Assembly (NCBI RefSeq): GCF_009914755.1
Contig: NC_060947.1
Origin: the human T2T-CHM13v2.0 reference genome, Homo sapiens
Strand: one strand, 5' to 3'
Length of the DNA: 64,000 bases
Shown here: piece after piece, positions 21,785 through 43,627 of the stretch
Position numbering within the stretch: the stretch's first letter is position 1
How the letters are laid out: each line of letters opens with the position of its first letter
The notes under the pieces: model-generated
What the model was told of the DNA's origin: nothing
Seen by the model: only the letters and a program-made list of their open reading frames with translations
Database searches by the model: none
Program-made: the position numbers and the translations under genes

Positions 21785-22091
21785 TAGAATATTGATTCTT
21801 TGAGCTGGATTAATGAGGAAAGATATAACAATCATTAATATAAAATAAAGAATTGTGAAACCTCATTAATTTGCATGCCACTAACCTAAAATTGTAATAA
21901 CCCAGGGCTTAGTAAGCAAATTAGTCATATAAACAGCATAACTATAGGGATATTTAAACTGTTTACCAAAAGAAGCTGCTTTTAAAGCCTGCTGAAGTAC
22001 TTATTTATTACTAATAATGTCTAATATTATTGACACTTATAATGTTGCTGGCACTCTTCATTGTCTTATTTAATTTCCATAGCAACTCTAA

Positions 22092-22784
<693 letters not shown>

Positions 22785-23590
22785 TTAAGATCAAAAATAG
22801 CTAATGAGTAGAAGAGACAAGGGTTCCAATCCAGGTCTGTGTGATGCTGAAGCCCACAGGCAGAAGATTCGCACTCTACCTAGGCTTCCACAGATCACTC
22901 AACCATGCATGAAAGTAAGGCCTGAAAAGTGTCTCTACTAGGTTGCCCTTCATTAATCTAGTTCCAGTCATGTATAATAAAATGGAGTGTCTTTCCAAAA
23001 TTTCATAATTTAGATTTCACTCATTTAGGCTGACTTCCCCCCTATACATACCCACTAGTTGGAATTAGTTGCCTTTTACTATATGCTGTATTGAATGTCC
23101 TTATAGTTGGGGGTCATGAGAAAAGCTAAAGTCTAACTTGGACAAGATGACGACTGGCATTGCCAGGGTTGTGCAGCAACAGTAGTGGGGTGGGGTGTCC
23201 TGCAAGGACATGAGTTAGGTGGCTGTTAGGGGCAGCATAAGTTGTAGTGTAAAGCCTTGGAGCCTAGATGCCAAGGTCGCAGAGTCACCAGGAGGCAGGA
23301 TCCTGGAGTACAGATTGCAGTGGCCCAGTAGGCACAGCATCTGGCCTCTAGGTCTGCCTCTGCTATGCACCAGCTGGGGGCTTTGGTTAAGTTGCTCTGC
23401 TTCTCCAGGTCATAGGTTTTTGTTTGTGAAACGAATAATTGGAAGGGAAGATCTTAGGGTCCATTTCAGATTGGGGTCTCTGGTTTAGGGATCTGCGTTA
23501 TCAGAGTCTAAAGTAATCAAGTCCTTGGAGATCTAGTAATCAGAAGGAGAGCAAGAAAGAGCCAGCTTTCATTGTCAGGGGCAACAAAGA

Positions 23591-23887
23591 GGTGGCTCAT
23601 GCCCATAATCCCAGCACTTTGGGAGGCCGAGGCAGGAGGATCACCTGAGGTCAAGAGTTTGAGGCCAGCCTGGCCAACATGGTGAAACCCCACCTCTACT
23701 AAAAGTACAAAAATTAGCTGGGTGTGGTGGCATGCACCTGCAATCCCAGCTACTCGGGAGGCTGAGGCAGGAGAATTGCTTGAATCTGGGAGGCAGAGGT
23801 TGCAGTGAGCCGAGATCAACCACTGCTCTCTAGCCTGAGTGACAGAGTGGGACTCCATCTCAAAAAAAAAAAAAAAAAAAAAAAAAA
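23591..23887 (+). mobile_element. Alu, slightly 5' truncated
   Basis: Begins GGTGGCTCATGCC; long poly(A). Confidence 0.9.
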
Positions 23888-24268
23888 GAAAGTCCAGAAA
23901 GCCTGGTTTGAATCAGTAAAATCGAGTTTTCACACTGCTTCACTGATTGTAATTCATTCTTCTACAGATTTTTAAGGAGGGTGGAAGAGAGAAAAGCTAA
24001 GTAAAATGTGGTCCTAGCCATCACAGGTCTCATAGTATCCTGAGGGAAAGAGACAGGAAACAACTAACTGGAATATAAAACAGAATAAAATGTGTTCATT
24101 ACCTGCTGTATGACCTTGGTCAAATCACTTAACCTGTCCCTGAGCCTCAGTTTCCTCAACTTTAACAGACACATAAGCAGTCAATAAATGTCAGCAGCTA
24201 TGCATCAGTAGTGGCAATAGTAATATGGACTACATGTGTAATATTTTGTACTATGCCATTACATCTTA

Positions 24269-24971
<703 letters not shown>

Positions 24972-25014
24972 CTTGAGTCCATTCCAGTCAGACTTTTGCT
25001 CCACCATCCAATAA

Positions 25015-26617
<1,603 letters not shown>

Positions 26618-26758
26618 GTCTTTAGAGGAGATAATGGGAGTATAAAAAAGAGCTAAGGAGTGCAGTCAGTATGATTGGGGTGAGTGATGCTTTTCATGTT
26701 GGAAAAGTTGTCATGAAGGGCCTTACATGTCATTCTAAGGAGCTTAGATTTTATCCTA

Positions 26759-27517
<759 letters not shown>

Positions 27518-28591
27518 CTACAGTAATGCACACATGAGATGGTGGTAGCCTGAATTATGGGAGTGCCAGTGGGGATGGAAAGGAGGATTGCTTGGATAGG
27601 GCAGTAAGGGTGGGCGAAATGAAGGAATTCCAGGTTTCTGGCTTGGGGTAGCTTGTTAAAGACTTGGGCCATTCATCACTGAGATAAGAAATACAGAAGA
27701 AAGAATAAATCTGACACTGTCAAGAAGAAAGGCAACGATAGATTCTAGGTGTGTCGAGTTTTGAGTACTTGTGTACTATCCAGGTAGAGCTGCCCAGTAG
27801 GCAGTTAGGTGCTTGGTTTTGGAGGTCAGTGGGAGGTCAGAGCCAAAGATAAAGATTTGGGAGCCATCTGCCTGTAGGAGGTGTTTAAAGCAAAAGCTAT
27901 GGTAGAATTTCCTAGAAAAGGTATATAAATTGAGGAGGACCAAAAGAGTTCCTGGTTATCAGTGCCAAATATTGCCCCCTAAGAAATCCAGTAATAATAT
28001 AGCCAAAAAGAGCCACTGGATTTGGAAACCAGGAGGTCGACAATGGAATACATTTCATTTATTCAAATGTTTATTAAATATCTACTATGTGTTAAGAATA
28101 CTAAGGATACAGAAGTCAATAAAACAGATCAAAAAATCCCTCCTTACATGTAGCTGAAATTCTAGTTGCAGAGAAGGAGCAGATAAATAAAGGAAATAAA
28201 TAAGAAAATTATTCCAAATATTAAAAGGCAGTGAATGCTCTGAAGGTTAGATAAGCTGCCTAGGGTCGCAGGGCCAAGTAAGTGAAGAAACTAGGACTAG
28301 AAACGAACCTGCTCAACTCCAGAGTTGTGCTCTTCTTACTGTTGTACCACACCTCCTCTCCCACATCGATAATCTTGGTTCCATTGCCACAGAATGCCAT
28401 ATAGCCCCAACTAAACATTTCAGAAACAAACCAAAGTATGTGTATAGCTTAATCTAAACTCAACACCATTTCTGAAAGCCAGCTCTGAGGGGACATCCCC
28501 TTCACAGTGGACAGGTAGTACCAGTTTTATATGTAGATGGTATATTGAAAAGTCATTTCATCTGATCGTAAAATTATTTTTCTAAGAGGAT

Positions 28592-29076
<485 letters not shown>

Positions 29077-29719
29077 CTAAGATGACGGCGAGGCTAGGAG
29101 AGGGTGAGCCACCAGGTATCACAGTCTTCAATGAACGTGGAAGAGTGGCCAGATTAGTAGATAATAGCAGGCCAAGGAGTATGGTTCAGTGACATCAGCC
29201 CCAGCTAAGTGCTTCTGTCGTGAGAGTGAAGGAGGAAGGGTTTGGGAACAGCAACAGAGAGCGAGAAGAATGCCACCATCACAATGCTCCCTACCCTGTC
29301 ACATCTGTGAGGTGGAGAAATGAACAGCCTCCGCTTGGGAGCTTCACAGGGGAAGGACCAGTAAAGACAAGGAAACAGAATACTTTAAAAAGGCTAAGGG
29401 CATGGGATTATGTTTATCATGTCCAGAAGGCACAGGTTGGGAGGGAATGTAAGTATGAAATTGAATCTGTCCCAAATGTCTGCTTCCTTCCAGGCAAAAT
29501 AAACGACAAATATATGGACAGGGTATCATGATTGTATTGCACGTTAATATCTGTTCTAAGCCCACAGAACAAGAAGAACCCCACAGCAGCCATTCTTTGC
29601 CATCATCTTGGCCAGGAACCCAGCATCCAGAATGTAGACTTGAGACCCTGGCTCCTTCCACTAGGACATTTATTTCCTAATGTTTCAATCACCTCATCCC
29701 AGCTTCTGTTTCCTGTCAG

Positions 29720-29854
29720 GCTCAGAGCCCCTACCTCCCACACAGTGGAGGAGTAGATGTCCATTTCTCAGGAGCAGTGGACTGCTTCCGGCAGATAGTG
29801 AAGGCCCAGGGGGTCCTGGGGCTCTGGAATGGATTGACAGCCAATTTACTGAAG
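29720..29854 (+). CDS. SLC25A43: Solute carrier family 25 member 43, penultimate coding exon (135 bp)
   Basis: Acceptor TTTCCTGTCAG, donor AAG|GTGAGA; encodes AQSPYLPHSGGVDVHFSGAVDCFRQIVKAQGVLGLWNGLTANLLK, a mitochondrial carrier repeat; position upstream of SLC25A5. Confidence 0.9.
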
Positions 29855-30575
29855 GTGAGAAGAGCCACCAGCCTCCGCTGCTCCCCTGCCTCTTCCAATT
29901 CTACCCTCTTCCTTTGTCACCCCCAACCCCTACTACAGTTTGCTTGGAAAACCCCCTCTAGCACTAATGGGTAGCACAAGGCCCATGAATGCACACTGTC
30001 TGTCAGCCCCGTAGAGAGGGGAACCTGTGCAGTGGTGGAGTATCTTATACCCCATTCCAGAGGAGCTGAGCATTTAGTGCAGAGATACTTAATGTGGAGG
30101 TTCATGGGCCCCTAAGGGGAACCTAACCCCTCATCCTAAAATTCTATGCAAAAATGTATGTGTATATGCATATGTGCATCATATTCCCAAAGAACTCCAT
30201 GACAAAAAAAAAAAAAAACAAAAACAAAAAACGTTAAGCACTCTGGACTAACCTTGCACTAGCTGGCATGTAAATGATTCCAGTCAAGGCCAGCATATAG
30301 TGACAGGTAGTATCAGATAGTCTGCGTGCATATGACCCAGATCTAGTGCCTCCCAGGCAGGTCATGCCCTTCAATCACTGTCATTCCTCTCCCAACCCAC
30401 ACTGAGCCAGCTTTCCTTTTGCCATCTTTCCTGATTCCAAAAAGAGTTACCATTTGTATTGCCACCGCCATTATCTCACTTTACAAGATAATTTACCCTG
30501 ATCCAAGTTGACTGCAGACACATTGATGTTTTCTTTTTAAGAACTTAACTTGATTTTCATTTTTGGTTTTAACAG

Positions 30576-30776
30576 ATAGTTCCATATTTTGGAATTATGT
30601 TTAGCACCTTTGAGTTCTGCAAGAGAATCTGTCTTTATCAAAATGGTTACATTCTGTCTCCACTGAGCTATAAATTGACCCCAGGAGTCGATCAGAGTTT
30701 GCAGCCCCAGGAATTACGAGAATTAAAGAAGTTCTTCAAAACGAGAAAACTGAAGCCTAAAAAACCAACTCTATAA
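30576..30776 (+). CDS. SLC25A43: SLC25A43 last coding exon (66 aa + TAA)
   Basis: Acceptor TTTTAACAG; in phase with the previous exon; IVPYFGIMFSTFEFCKRICLYQNG...KPKKPTL*. Confidence 0.88.
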   Translation: MVPYFGIMFSTFEFCKRICLYQNGYILSPLSYKLTPGVDQSLQPQELRELKKFFKTRKLKPKKPTL

Positions 30777-31245
30777 AATGGAATGGAACTAGAAGTGCAC
30801 TGACTGACAGCATGTTGCAATCACAGATAAATGTAGCCTCATAACTGTGCACCTGAGGAGGGATGAGAAGCTACTGCTATCTGCTGCTCTGGGAAATGAG
30901 ATGGTTTGGCCATGCACCACCTCAGATCTCCAAACTGATGTCCCTGTGAACACCTGCACTATGAGAAGGTTTCCCAACAAGAGTGTATCATGATGGCATT
31001 CCACGAGATTTTATAACCAGAGTCTAGCAGTGATAAAATGTACAATTTACGCTCTGAATAGAAACATGGCACCAAAGAAAGGGCATTGCCATGACATCTC
31101 AAAGCAACAGGTAATTGAAGTGGCTGAGTGGATACCACGTTGTGAGGTCAGCCACTGGGTCACTTGTAGTCAATGCAAAGCTTGCACAAACCAACGTCAG
31201 CCTAGTTTCACTCAGTTTGACCTGAGACTTTCCAATACAATCTGT

Positions 31246-31532
31246 TGTTTTGTTTTGTTTTTAGAGACAGGGTCTTGCTCTGTCACCCAGACTGGAGTAC
31301 AATGACACAATCATAGCTCACTGCAGCCTTTAACTACTGGGCTCAAGACATCCTCCTGCTTCAGCCTCCAGAGAGTTGGGACCATAGGTGCACACCACCA
31401 CACCTAGCTAATTTTTGGGGGAGGTCTTGCTATGTTGCCCAGGCTGGTCTTGAACTCCTGGGCTCATGCAATCCTCCTGCCTTGGCCTCCCAAAGCGCTA
31501 GGATTAGAGGTGTGAGCCGCTGCACCCTGCCC
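31246..31532 (-). mobile_element. AluJ-like element in the SLC25A43 3' UTR
   Basis: Reverse-complement Alu; TSD CA(A/G)TACAATCT. Confidence 0.88.
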
Positions 31533-32163
31533 CAGTACAATCTTTTTTGAACTCAAATTTTTGCTGACATCTGAGTGCACACACCACAGTGTAAATTATG
31601 CCTTATCAGAATCTAAATGAAAATAGCGAACATTTAAAAGCTATCACCATTGTAGTAGAATCATCCTTCTTTTTTGAAATTTGAAGCATCCCAGGCTTAA
31701 AATCTTGTGTTTCAGAAAGACAGTTTATACCATGACTGCTTAATTATCCCCCCAAAGACCTTCTGATTGAAGTCATGTACAGTTCAGTGGCCTAAATTCT
31801 CTGCCTTTTTAACTTGCTTTGCAAGCCTACTCTGAAAATAAGTTATTTAGTCAAGTTATTCTCAAAGATGTCCCAGTTGCCTAGAAAGGATCAAATGGAA
31901 CATTTGACACACATACTCAAAAAAATGTAACTGACTATAAACACTTTAACCTAATCATCTGTATCAAACTTTCTAAAAATCAAATCTCAGGATTGTTCCA
32001 CTTTAGAGATTCTATGTAAAGTTTATATAACTATACTTGTCAAATAGCACCTATCTATGCATTTAAAAATGCATTAATATCTAACATAAAATTGTTAATT
32101 TATACACACACATACACTTATACATAGAGAGAGATTTTCGGTATGTTGCAAGTATTTTTTCCG

Positions 32164-32169
32164 ATTAAA
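32164..32169 (+). terminator. SLC25A43: Candidate SLC25A43 polyadenylation signal ATTAAA
   Basis: ATTAAA followed by GT-rich GATGTGTTGGTC about 25 nt downstream. Confidence 0.5.
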
Positions 32170-32556
32170 TTTATTTTCCAAAGAAAAAATGATGTGTTGG
32201 TCATTTATTGCTAGTCTGAGTTATAAAACTATGGTTAAATACATATTGGCCAAATCTGTAAACTCTCAAAGCCTTATCCTATTTAAGTATACCAAAATAA
32301 TTCACTTTTCCAACTGCTGCGGCATTCTGTTTTATGGAGAATGGCAGTTAACACACACACACATGGAAATCTCATCTGTAGCTCAATCTGTTAGAGTTTG
32401 GAGGGTGGCAGATTCTTTACCCAAAGTGAATAGTTCATGTTTATTACTCTTTATTTTCCTTGAAACAGACAACTTTTCAAACAGTTCTGAAAGCTGCAAA
32501 AATATTTTTTACTTTTTTTAACTATAAAATCCTAACCTCACATTATTTCATGATAA

Positions 32557-32886
<330 letters not shown>

Positions 32887-33392
32887 TAAATAGATAGCTA
32901 AACTCTTGCAGTTGTCATGCACAGAAATGTTTTCTGAGCTGCAGTTTTGATTTTTTCTTCATTAAATTAAGTGGGGAAAATAATACGCCTGATTTTTCTA
33001 ATTTCAGAAGAACTCTAAAACTCTTGTTCTGTTTCTAAAATAAACTTCCAGCTAATTTCATTTTCTTTGGATTATGAAGAGAGAGTTCTGCCTTTCTGCT
33101 TTATGGCTGACAGTGAGCACCACACTGGACTAAGTACTTGAGAAGGATTATAAAGATGTGTGATGCAATGTTGACTCAGGAGGAATTTATGGTCTTGAGG
33201 AACAAATCATACCTACATATATGAAATGACTATGATTACAAAGCAAATACAAGCAAAGGCATGATAATGTAGTATGAACTGTTCATAAGATTGCCAAGAA
33301 GCTCTATACAAACTTAGTGAATAAAAAACTAAAGGGATCATCACATGGGAGAGAGACTAGTGATCAACAGGGATTTGGGGAGGTTGTGAGTC

Positions 33393-33696
33393 TTTTTTTT
33401 TTTTTTTTTTTTTGAAACAGAGTCTCGTTCTGTTGCCCAGCCTGGAGTGCAGAGATGCAATCTTGGCTTACTGCAACCTCCACCTCCTGGTTCAAGTGAT
33501 TCTCGTGCCTCAGCCTCCTGAGTGGCTGGGACTACAGGCGCCTGCCACCATGCCCAGCTAATGTTTGTATTTTCTTGGTAGAGACGGGGTTTCACCATGT
33601 TGGCCAGGCTGGTCTTGAACTCGTGACCTCAGGTGATCCACCTGCCTCAGCCTCCCAAAGTGCTGGGATTACAGGCATGACCCACCGCACCCAGCC
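33393..33696 (-). mobile_element. Alu
   Basis: Reverse-complement Alu; TSD TGAGTCTT. Confidence 0.92.
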
Positions 33697-34270
33697 ATGA
33701 GTCTTGAACTAAGTTTTGAAAGAAGTTAAGGGATATGTATTGGTCACGAATAGGAAGGCATTGCAGGTTAAAGGCAGGGCATTGCAGCATCACAGAGATG
33801 GAAGCAAGCAAAAGTGGGTCAGAGCAAGAAAAGTGGCTTTGTGCATTTATTCAATAACTGCTAGGCACTACAGACACAGTGGCACAAAAGGCAGATAAGG
33901 TCCTTGCCTTCAAGGAGCTTACACTCTAGTGAGAGTGGCAGTCAATAAACAAGTAAACTAATAAATAATTTAGGTAATCATGGACTGTGATGTTATGAAG
34001 GTGCTTATATACAGGGTGCTTTATTAGAGAATTATGTGGAGGTAAGGGGAATATTTTATTTTTGGTTTTTGTTTTGAGACAAGGTCTCGCTCTGTCGCCT
34101 AGGCTGGAGTGCAGTGGCGCGATTTCAGCTTACTGCAACCTCTGTCTCCCCGGCTGAAGTCACAGGGGAATATTTTAAATCAGGGAGCCAGAGAAGGCCA
34201 CTCTGACAGGTGACATTTGAGATGAGACCAGAAGGATGAGAATGAGCCAACTATGCAAAGAACCAGGGAG

Positions 34271-34369
34271 GGCTGGTCAAAGTGCAGTGGTGTTTACAAG
34301 TAATTGACCACAATCAGCTACAGATTTCTTTGTTCCTTCCCACTCCCACTGCTTCACTTGACTTGCCCT
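34271..34369 (+). pseudogene. Y3 RNA (hY3) processed pseudogene, full length
   Basis: GGCTGGTCAAAGTGCAGTGGTGTTTACAA...CCACTGCTTCACTTGACTTGCC matches hY3; poly(A); TSD AAAGAAC(C/G)AGGGAG at 34257-34270 and 34915-34928. Confidence 0.92.
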
Positions 34370-34392
34370 AAAAAAAAAAAGAAAAAAAGAAG

Positions 34393-35158
<766 letters not shown>

Positions 35159-35472
35159 TTATTCTAAATGCTGTGGGGAGGCATTGAAGGTTTTTAAGCA
35201 GAAAAGCGATATAATCTGACTTTGATTTTTATAAGATTACTCAGTTGCTGTGTGGAGAATGGATTGGAGGGAAGCAAGGCTGTGAGTGAGAAGACCAGTT
35301 AAGAAGCGATTTCGGAAGTCCAAGCAAGAAAGGATGGCTTGGACTAGAATGGTGGCAATAAAGATGGAGAGGAATGAATGAGTTCAAGATGTATTTTGAA
35401 GGTGGACTCAGCATGATTTGCTGAAGGATTGAATATAGGGAGTTAAAGAAAGGAGTCAAGGGTGGCACCTAG

Positions 35473-35786
35473 GTTTTTGGTTTTTGTTTTTCTGAGACAG
35501 GATATCACTCTGCTCCCCCAGGCTGGAGTGCAGTGGCGCAGTGGCGCAATCTCGGCTCACTGCAACTTCCGCCTCCCAGGTTCAAGCAATCCTCCCACCT
35601 CAGCCTCCCAAGTAGCTGGGATTATAGGCATGCACCACCACGCCCAGCTAATTTTTGTATTTTTTGTGGACATGGGATTTCACCATGTTGCCCAGGCTGG
35701 TCTCGAACTCCTGAGCTCAAGTGATCAAGGCCTGCCTCGGCCTCCCAAAGTGCTGGGATTACAGATGTGAGCCACCGAGCCTGGCT
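35473..35786 (-). mobile_element. Alu (AluJ-like) within L2
   Basis: Reverse-complement Alu; GCAGTGGC duplicated. Confidence 0.88.
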
Positions 35787-35990
35787 GGTTTTTGCCTTTT
35801 GACTTGAGAACAGGTAGATGATCTTGCCATTTGCTGATGTGAGGAAGACTGAGGAGGGACAGAGTTTTGGTGGGGAGGAATTCAAAGTTCTGTTTTGGAC
35901 ATGTTAAATTCAAAATGCCCATGAGACATGCAAGTAGAGAAGTAGACAGTGGGCTGGAGCACATGCTGTCTGTGTAATTGTCCAAACCAG

Positions 35991-36914
<924 letters not shown>

Positions 36915-37126
36915 TCAGAACTTTATTGATAATTATTTCAGGATAATAGGGACAAGTCTAGAGTGTGGGGAAGAGTGATGACTGGAGATAGGAATTTGGG
37001 TGTCATCAGCAGATAGATGGCAAGGGACTGAGTAAGAGCAGCAAAGGAGTGGATGGGAAGAAACTTCTGGGGGAGTTGGAAGCAACAAAAACTGACACTC
37101 AGGATGGTGGCCAAAGAAAGGCCTCA

Positions 37127-37504
<378 letters not shown>

Positions 37505-37776
37505 CTAATCACAGACAATGAGGAGGAAAAAAAACAAGTATAACAACAATAGGAGACTGGAGAAGGGATAGACACGGGGAAAGTCGGGGCAAGTTGGGGC
37601 AAGTCGGGAAAAGTCGTGTACTAGCAGAAAGCAAAAATAAATTCTTCAGTCATTCGTATCTCTCCCTTTTGTTGTCATTGCTAGCCAAAAATAAAAGTAA
37701 TATCCAAACTAACTGATATGATATTCAGGTCCATTTGACAGCTGTTACTTAGGAACTGTCTAAAATATTCCAATGG

Positions 37777-38095
<319 letters not shown>

Positions 38096-38693
38096 ATTAC
38101 AATAGGATGATGGAAACGAGGGGGGTGTGTTTGACATACAGCAAAGCACATACAGCTATAGTAGTCATCAGAAGATAAATACCACATATTAGATCCTGAA
38201 ATAAATATTTTTGCTCACATCTCTAAAAGGAAACTTGAAATAAAATTTCATGTACTCATTATGTTTACTTTGGAATTAGAAGTTATACATCTTTATCAAA
38301 GATGAATCTCTGCTCCATTTTCAATAAGCTCACCTGGGGATCCTGATTGTTATACCAAGCTGCCTGATTTTATATATATCAAATTACATTTAATTATATA
38401 GATGCGATATGTAATTTTTCCCATAAAGTTATTTAGTCTTACTCAGACTAAAGTTGGAGATCCATAAAGCAAAATGTATATGTGCAGGGGGTGTTTTGTG
38501 TAAATTTAGGGGTATAAGTACAATTTTGTTATATGACTACATTGCTTAGTAGGGAGGTCTCGTCTTCATATAACCATCACTTGAATAATGTACATTTTAC
38601 CCTGCACAGGTTTAGAAGCTAGTCACAGCTTATAAAATTTATTAAAATATGTCAAATATTTCTAAGTTAAATTTTTCTGAGTTAAATTATTTA

Positions 38694-38994
<301 letters not shown>

Positions 38995-39174
38995 TTATAT
39001 ACAATTGCATTTAAATGGTAACTAACCACCCCCATTGGGCAACATAGGGAGACCCTGTCTCTACAAAAAAATTTGAAAATTAGCCAGGGGTGGTGGCAGG
39101 CACCTGTGGTCCCAGCTAATCGAGAGGCTGAGGTGGGAGGGTCACTTGAGCCCAGGAGGTCAAGGTTGCAGTGC

Positions 39175-40165
<991 letters not shown>

Positions 40166-40195
40166 CAGTTACCCATGGGCTGGAATCCACCAACT

Positions 40196-40504
40196 GTTGT
40201 TTTGTTTTGTTTTGTTTTGTTTGAGACAGAGTCTCACTCTGTCACCCATGCTGTAGTGCAGCGGTGCAATCACGGCTCAATGCAACCTCCACTTCCCTGG
40301 CTCAGGTGACCCTCCTGCCTCAGACTCCTGAGTAGCTGTGACTACAGGCATGCACCACCATGCCCAGCTAATTGTTTAATTTTTTCGTAGAGATGGGGTT
40401 TCACCCTGTTGCCCTGGCTGGTCTTTCACTCTGGGCTCACGATATCCTCCTGCTTTAGCCTCCCAAAGTGCTGGGATTATAGGTGTGAGCCACTATGCCC
40501 AGCT
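40196..40504 (-). mobile_element. AluJ-like
   Basis: (TTTTG)n tail and reverse-complement Alu. Confidence 0.87.
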
Positions 40505-41863
40505 GTATTTTTCTTAAAATTAATAAAATCTAACACATATTAAATGCTGTTCTATGCACATATTATCTCATTTGCATGTGCCTACAGTCCTCTGAGGTAT
40601 AGGCACTACTATCATTCTCATTTTACACCTGAAGAAATTGCAGTTTGGAGAGGTAAAGCAATTTACCCAAGACCTGACAGCTAGCGAATGGCAGAGCCAG
40701 AATTTAAACTTAAGCAACCTGGTTGCAGGGCCCACCCTCTTAACCACTGGGCTAAATTACCTTTCTCTTCCTATTTGCTCCAGATTCCCAGACCCAGACG
40801 CTCAGATCCACTCACTCTTATAGATACAAAAGGATAGAGCCACAGAATCTTAGAATTGGAAAGGGTGTAGAACTCTCTTCCAGACCAACCCAGCGATCTC
40901 CCCCATAGCATCCCTAACAAGTGGCTATTCTGCCTCAACTTTTAGCCTTCCCAGTAACAAAAAGTTCACCCCATCGTATGGCAACCCATTCTACCTTTAA
41001 GTATCGCATATTTTACAAACTAATGTCTTTTTGAGCTGAAGTCTACCTTCATGAAACTTCTACCAGCGGGTTTAATTCCATATAGAATGTTTAATTTATG
41101 AAGACAGTTATGATGTCCTTCTTTCACCCAAAGCTCTTTCCCAGTTAAATATCTCTCATTCATTCAGCCATTTCTCATAATACATGATTTATAGACACTT
41201 CACTTTCCTGATTGCCTTGTTTGAATATGTTCCAGTTTGTTAATGTCCTCTTAAATGTAGCATCCAGAATTAAATGTAAAACTCTATGGGCTGGCCAACA
41301 GAAACCCAAGTGGAACTGAAAGTCCCTCTGATCTGGTCACTACCATTCTCTTAGTGCAACTCAAGACTCGTTAGTATTTTTTGGCATTGTCAACCCACAG
41401 TGAACTAGGACCTAGTTCTCTTTTTCACACATGCTACCATTAAGCTCTATCTCCTCATCCTTAAATGTCTTGCACTAAATAGGGCATTAAAACCCTTTAT
41501 TGCAATGCTTCCCATTTTATAAGCCTGGGTTTATTCTGGACTTTAGCCCTTATGACTCAATTCCTAGAGGTTTGTGATATTCTTTGGGCTTTGTCCTTGG
41601 AAGCATAGTCCTCCTTCTGTCATCTATACATGCACTTTTAAGATCTGAGCTCATCAGAGAATAATCTATAAGGACACTGTAGTTTATTAGAAATCTCTCC
41701 CTTTTTAATTTATCATTGGAACTTTTCCAAATTCTACAGTTCTGAATTTTCAACTGGATCCCTCTCCCTTTTAAGCTATCTTTCTCTTTTGGTGTTAGGC
41801 CAGATCATACTTATCTTTTCTCTGATCCTTTTGAAGTCTACCTTACACATACACATACATACA

Positions 41864-41864
<1 letters not shown>

Positions 41865-41903
<39 letters not shown>
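41865..41903 (+). repeat. (CA)n microsatellite
   Basis: About 19 CA units. Confidence 0.95.
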
Positions 41904-41906
<3 letters not shown>

Positions 41907-42255
41907 AATTAACCTATGTGACCATGCCCAGCAATTTTTTTTTTTTTTTTTTTAGTTTTTTTGCTTAACAGATATCCAGATGACAGGATCACTTTCCCCA
42001 AGATTCTTGTCACTTTCACTTTGCTAACCAAATCTTCCTTATTTATTATCAGGATTAAGCCCAGCTTAGCAATTTACCTCATTGCTTCTTTATTCTTTTG
42101 AGAACTGTAATTACACTGTATCAGCAAGAGAGCCAAGAATCTATCAGATGTTTTCTTAAATTTAAGATGGTCTTAAAAATAAGAAAAAAGAATGTATCAG
42201 ATATGTTGCTATCAGAATAACTTCCAGCAGATATTCAGATGTTCTATGTCTCTGA

Positions 42256-42629
<374 letters not shown>

Positions 42630-42896
42630 CCATTCATACTTTTAATCTGAGAAGTCTCTTGTATACTTCTACAACTATAATCACTTTCATTTCTCCGTTT
42701 CATTCTCACTGAATGCTTTTCACCCTCCAGCCAATGAATTACTAGTTATACCTTCTTGACATATTACTGCTCTCTTCTTCTGTATGGTATCTCTGAATCA
42801 AGTTTTCCAGATGCCAGCCAGAAGTTCCACCCTCCCAAGTCTAAACAATACCTATAAAATTGCATTTTCCTGAGTGTATTAAAATTTTACATTCCC

Positions 42897-43193
42897 GGCC
42901 AGTCGCTGCGGCTCATGCCTGTAATCCCAGCACTTTGGGAGGCCAAAGCAGGCAGATCACCTGAGGTCAGGAGTTTGAGAGCAGCCTGGCCAACATGGTA
43001 ATAACCTGTCTCTACTAAAAATACAAAAATTAGCCAGGCGTGGTGGTGGCGTGCCTGTAATCCCAGCTACTCAGGAGGCTGAGGCTGAAGAACCGCTTGA
43101 ACCTAGGAGGTGGAGGTTGCAGTGAGCGGAGATCGCGCCATTGCACTCCAGCCTGGGCGACAAGAGCAAAACTCTGTCTCAAAAAAAAAAAAA
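42897..43193 (+). mobile_element. Alu
   Basis: Dimeric Alu; TSD TTACATTCCC. Confidence 0.93.
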
Positions 43194-43403
43194 TTACATT
43201 CCCTTTATTACCCATATTCTGGGTGTTGGTACATAGATATCTGAGGCCTTAAAAGTGTCATTTCTGACTCTCTTCCTTGTTTTTCCTTGAGAATTACTAG
43301 GCATTGCCTTAGCTTTAGTTCCTCTTAATTAGACTTATATTTTACATAGCTTCCAGAAACACAATAATTACTAACACAGCACTATGTCTCAATGGAGGAA
43401 TTA

Positions 43404-43627
<224 letters not shown>

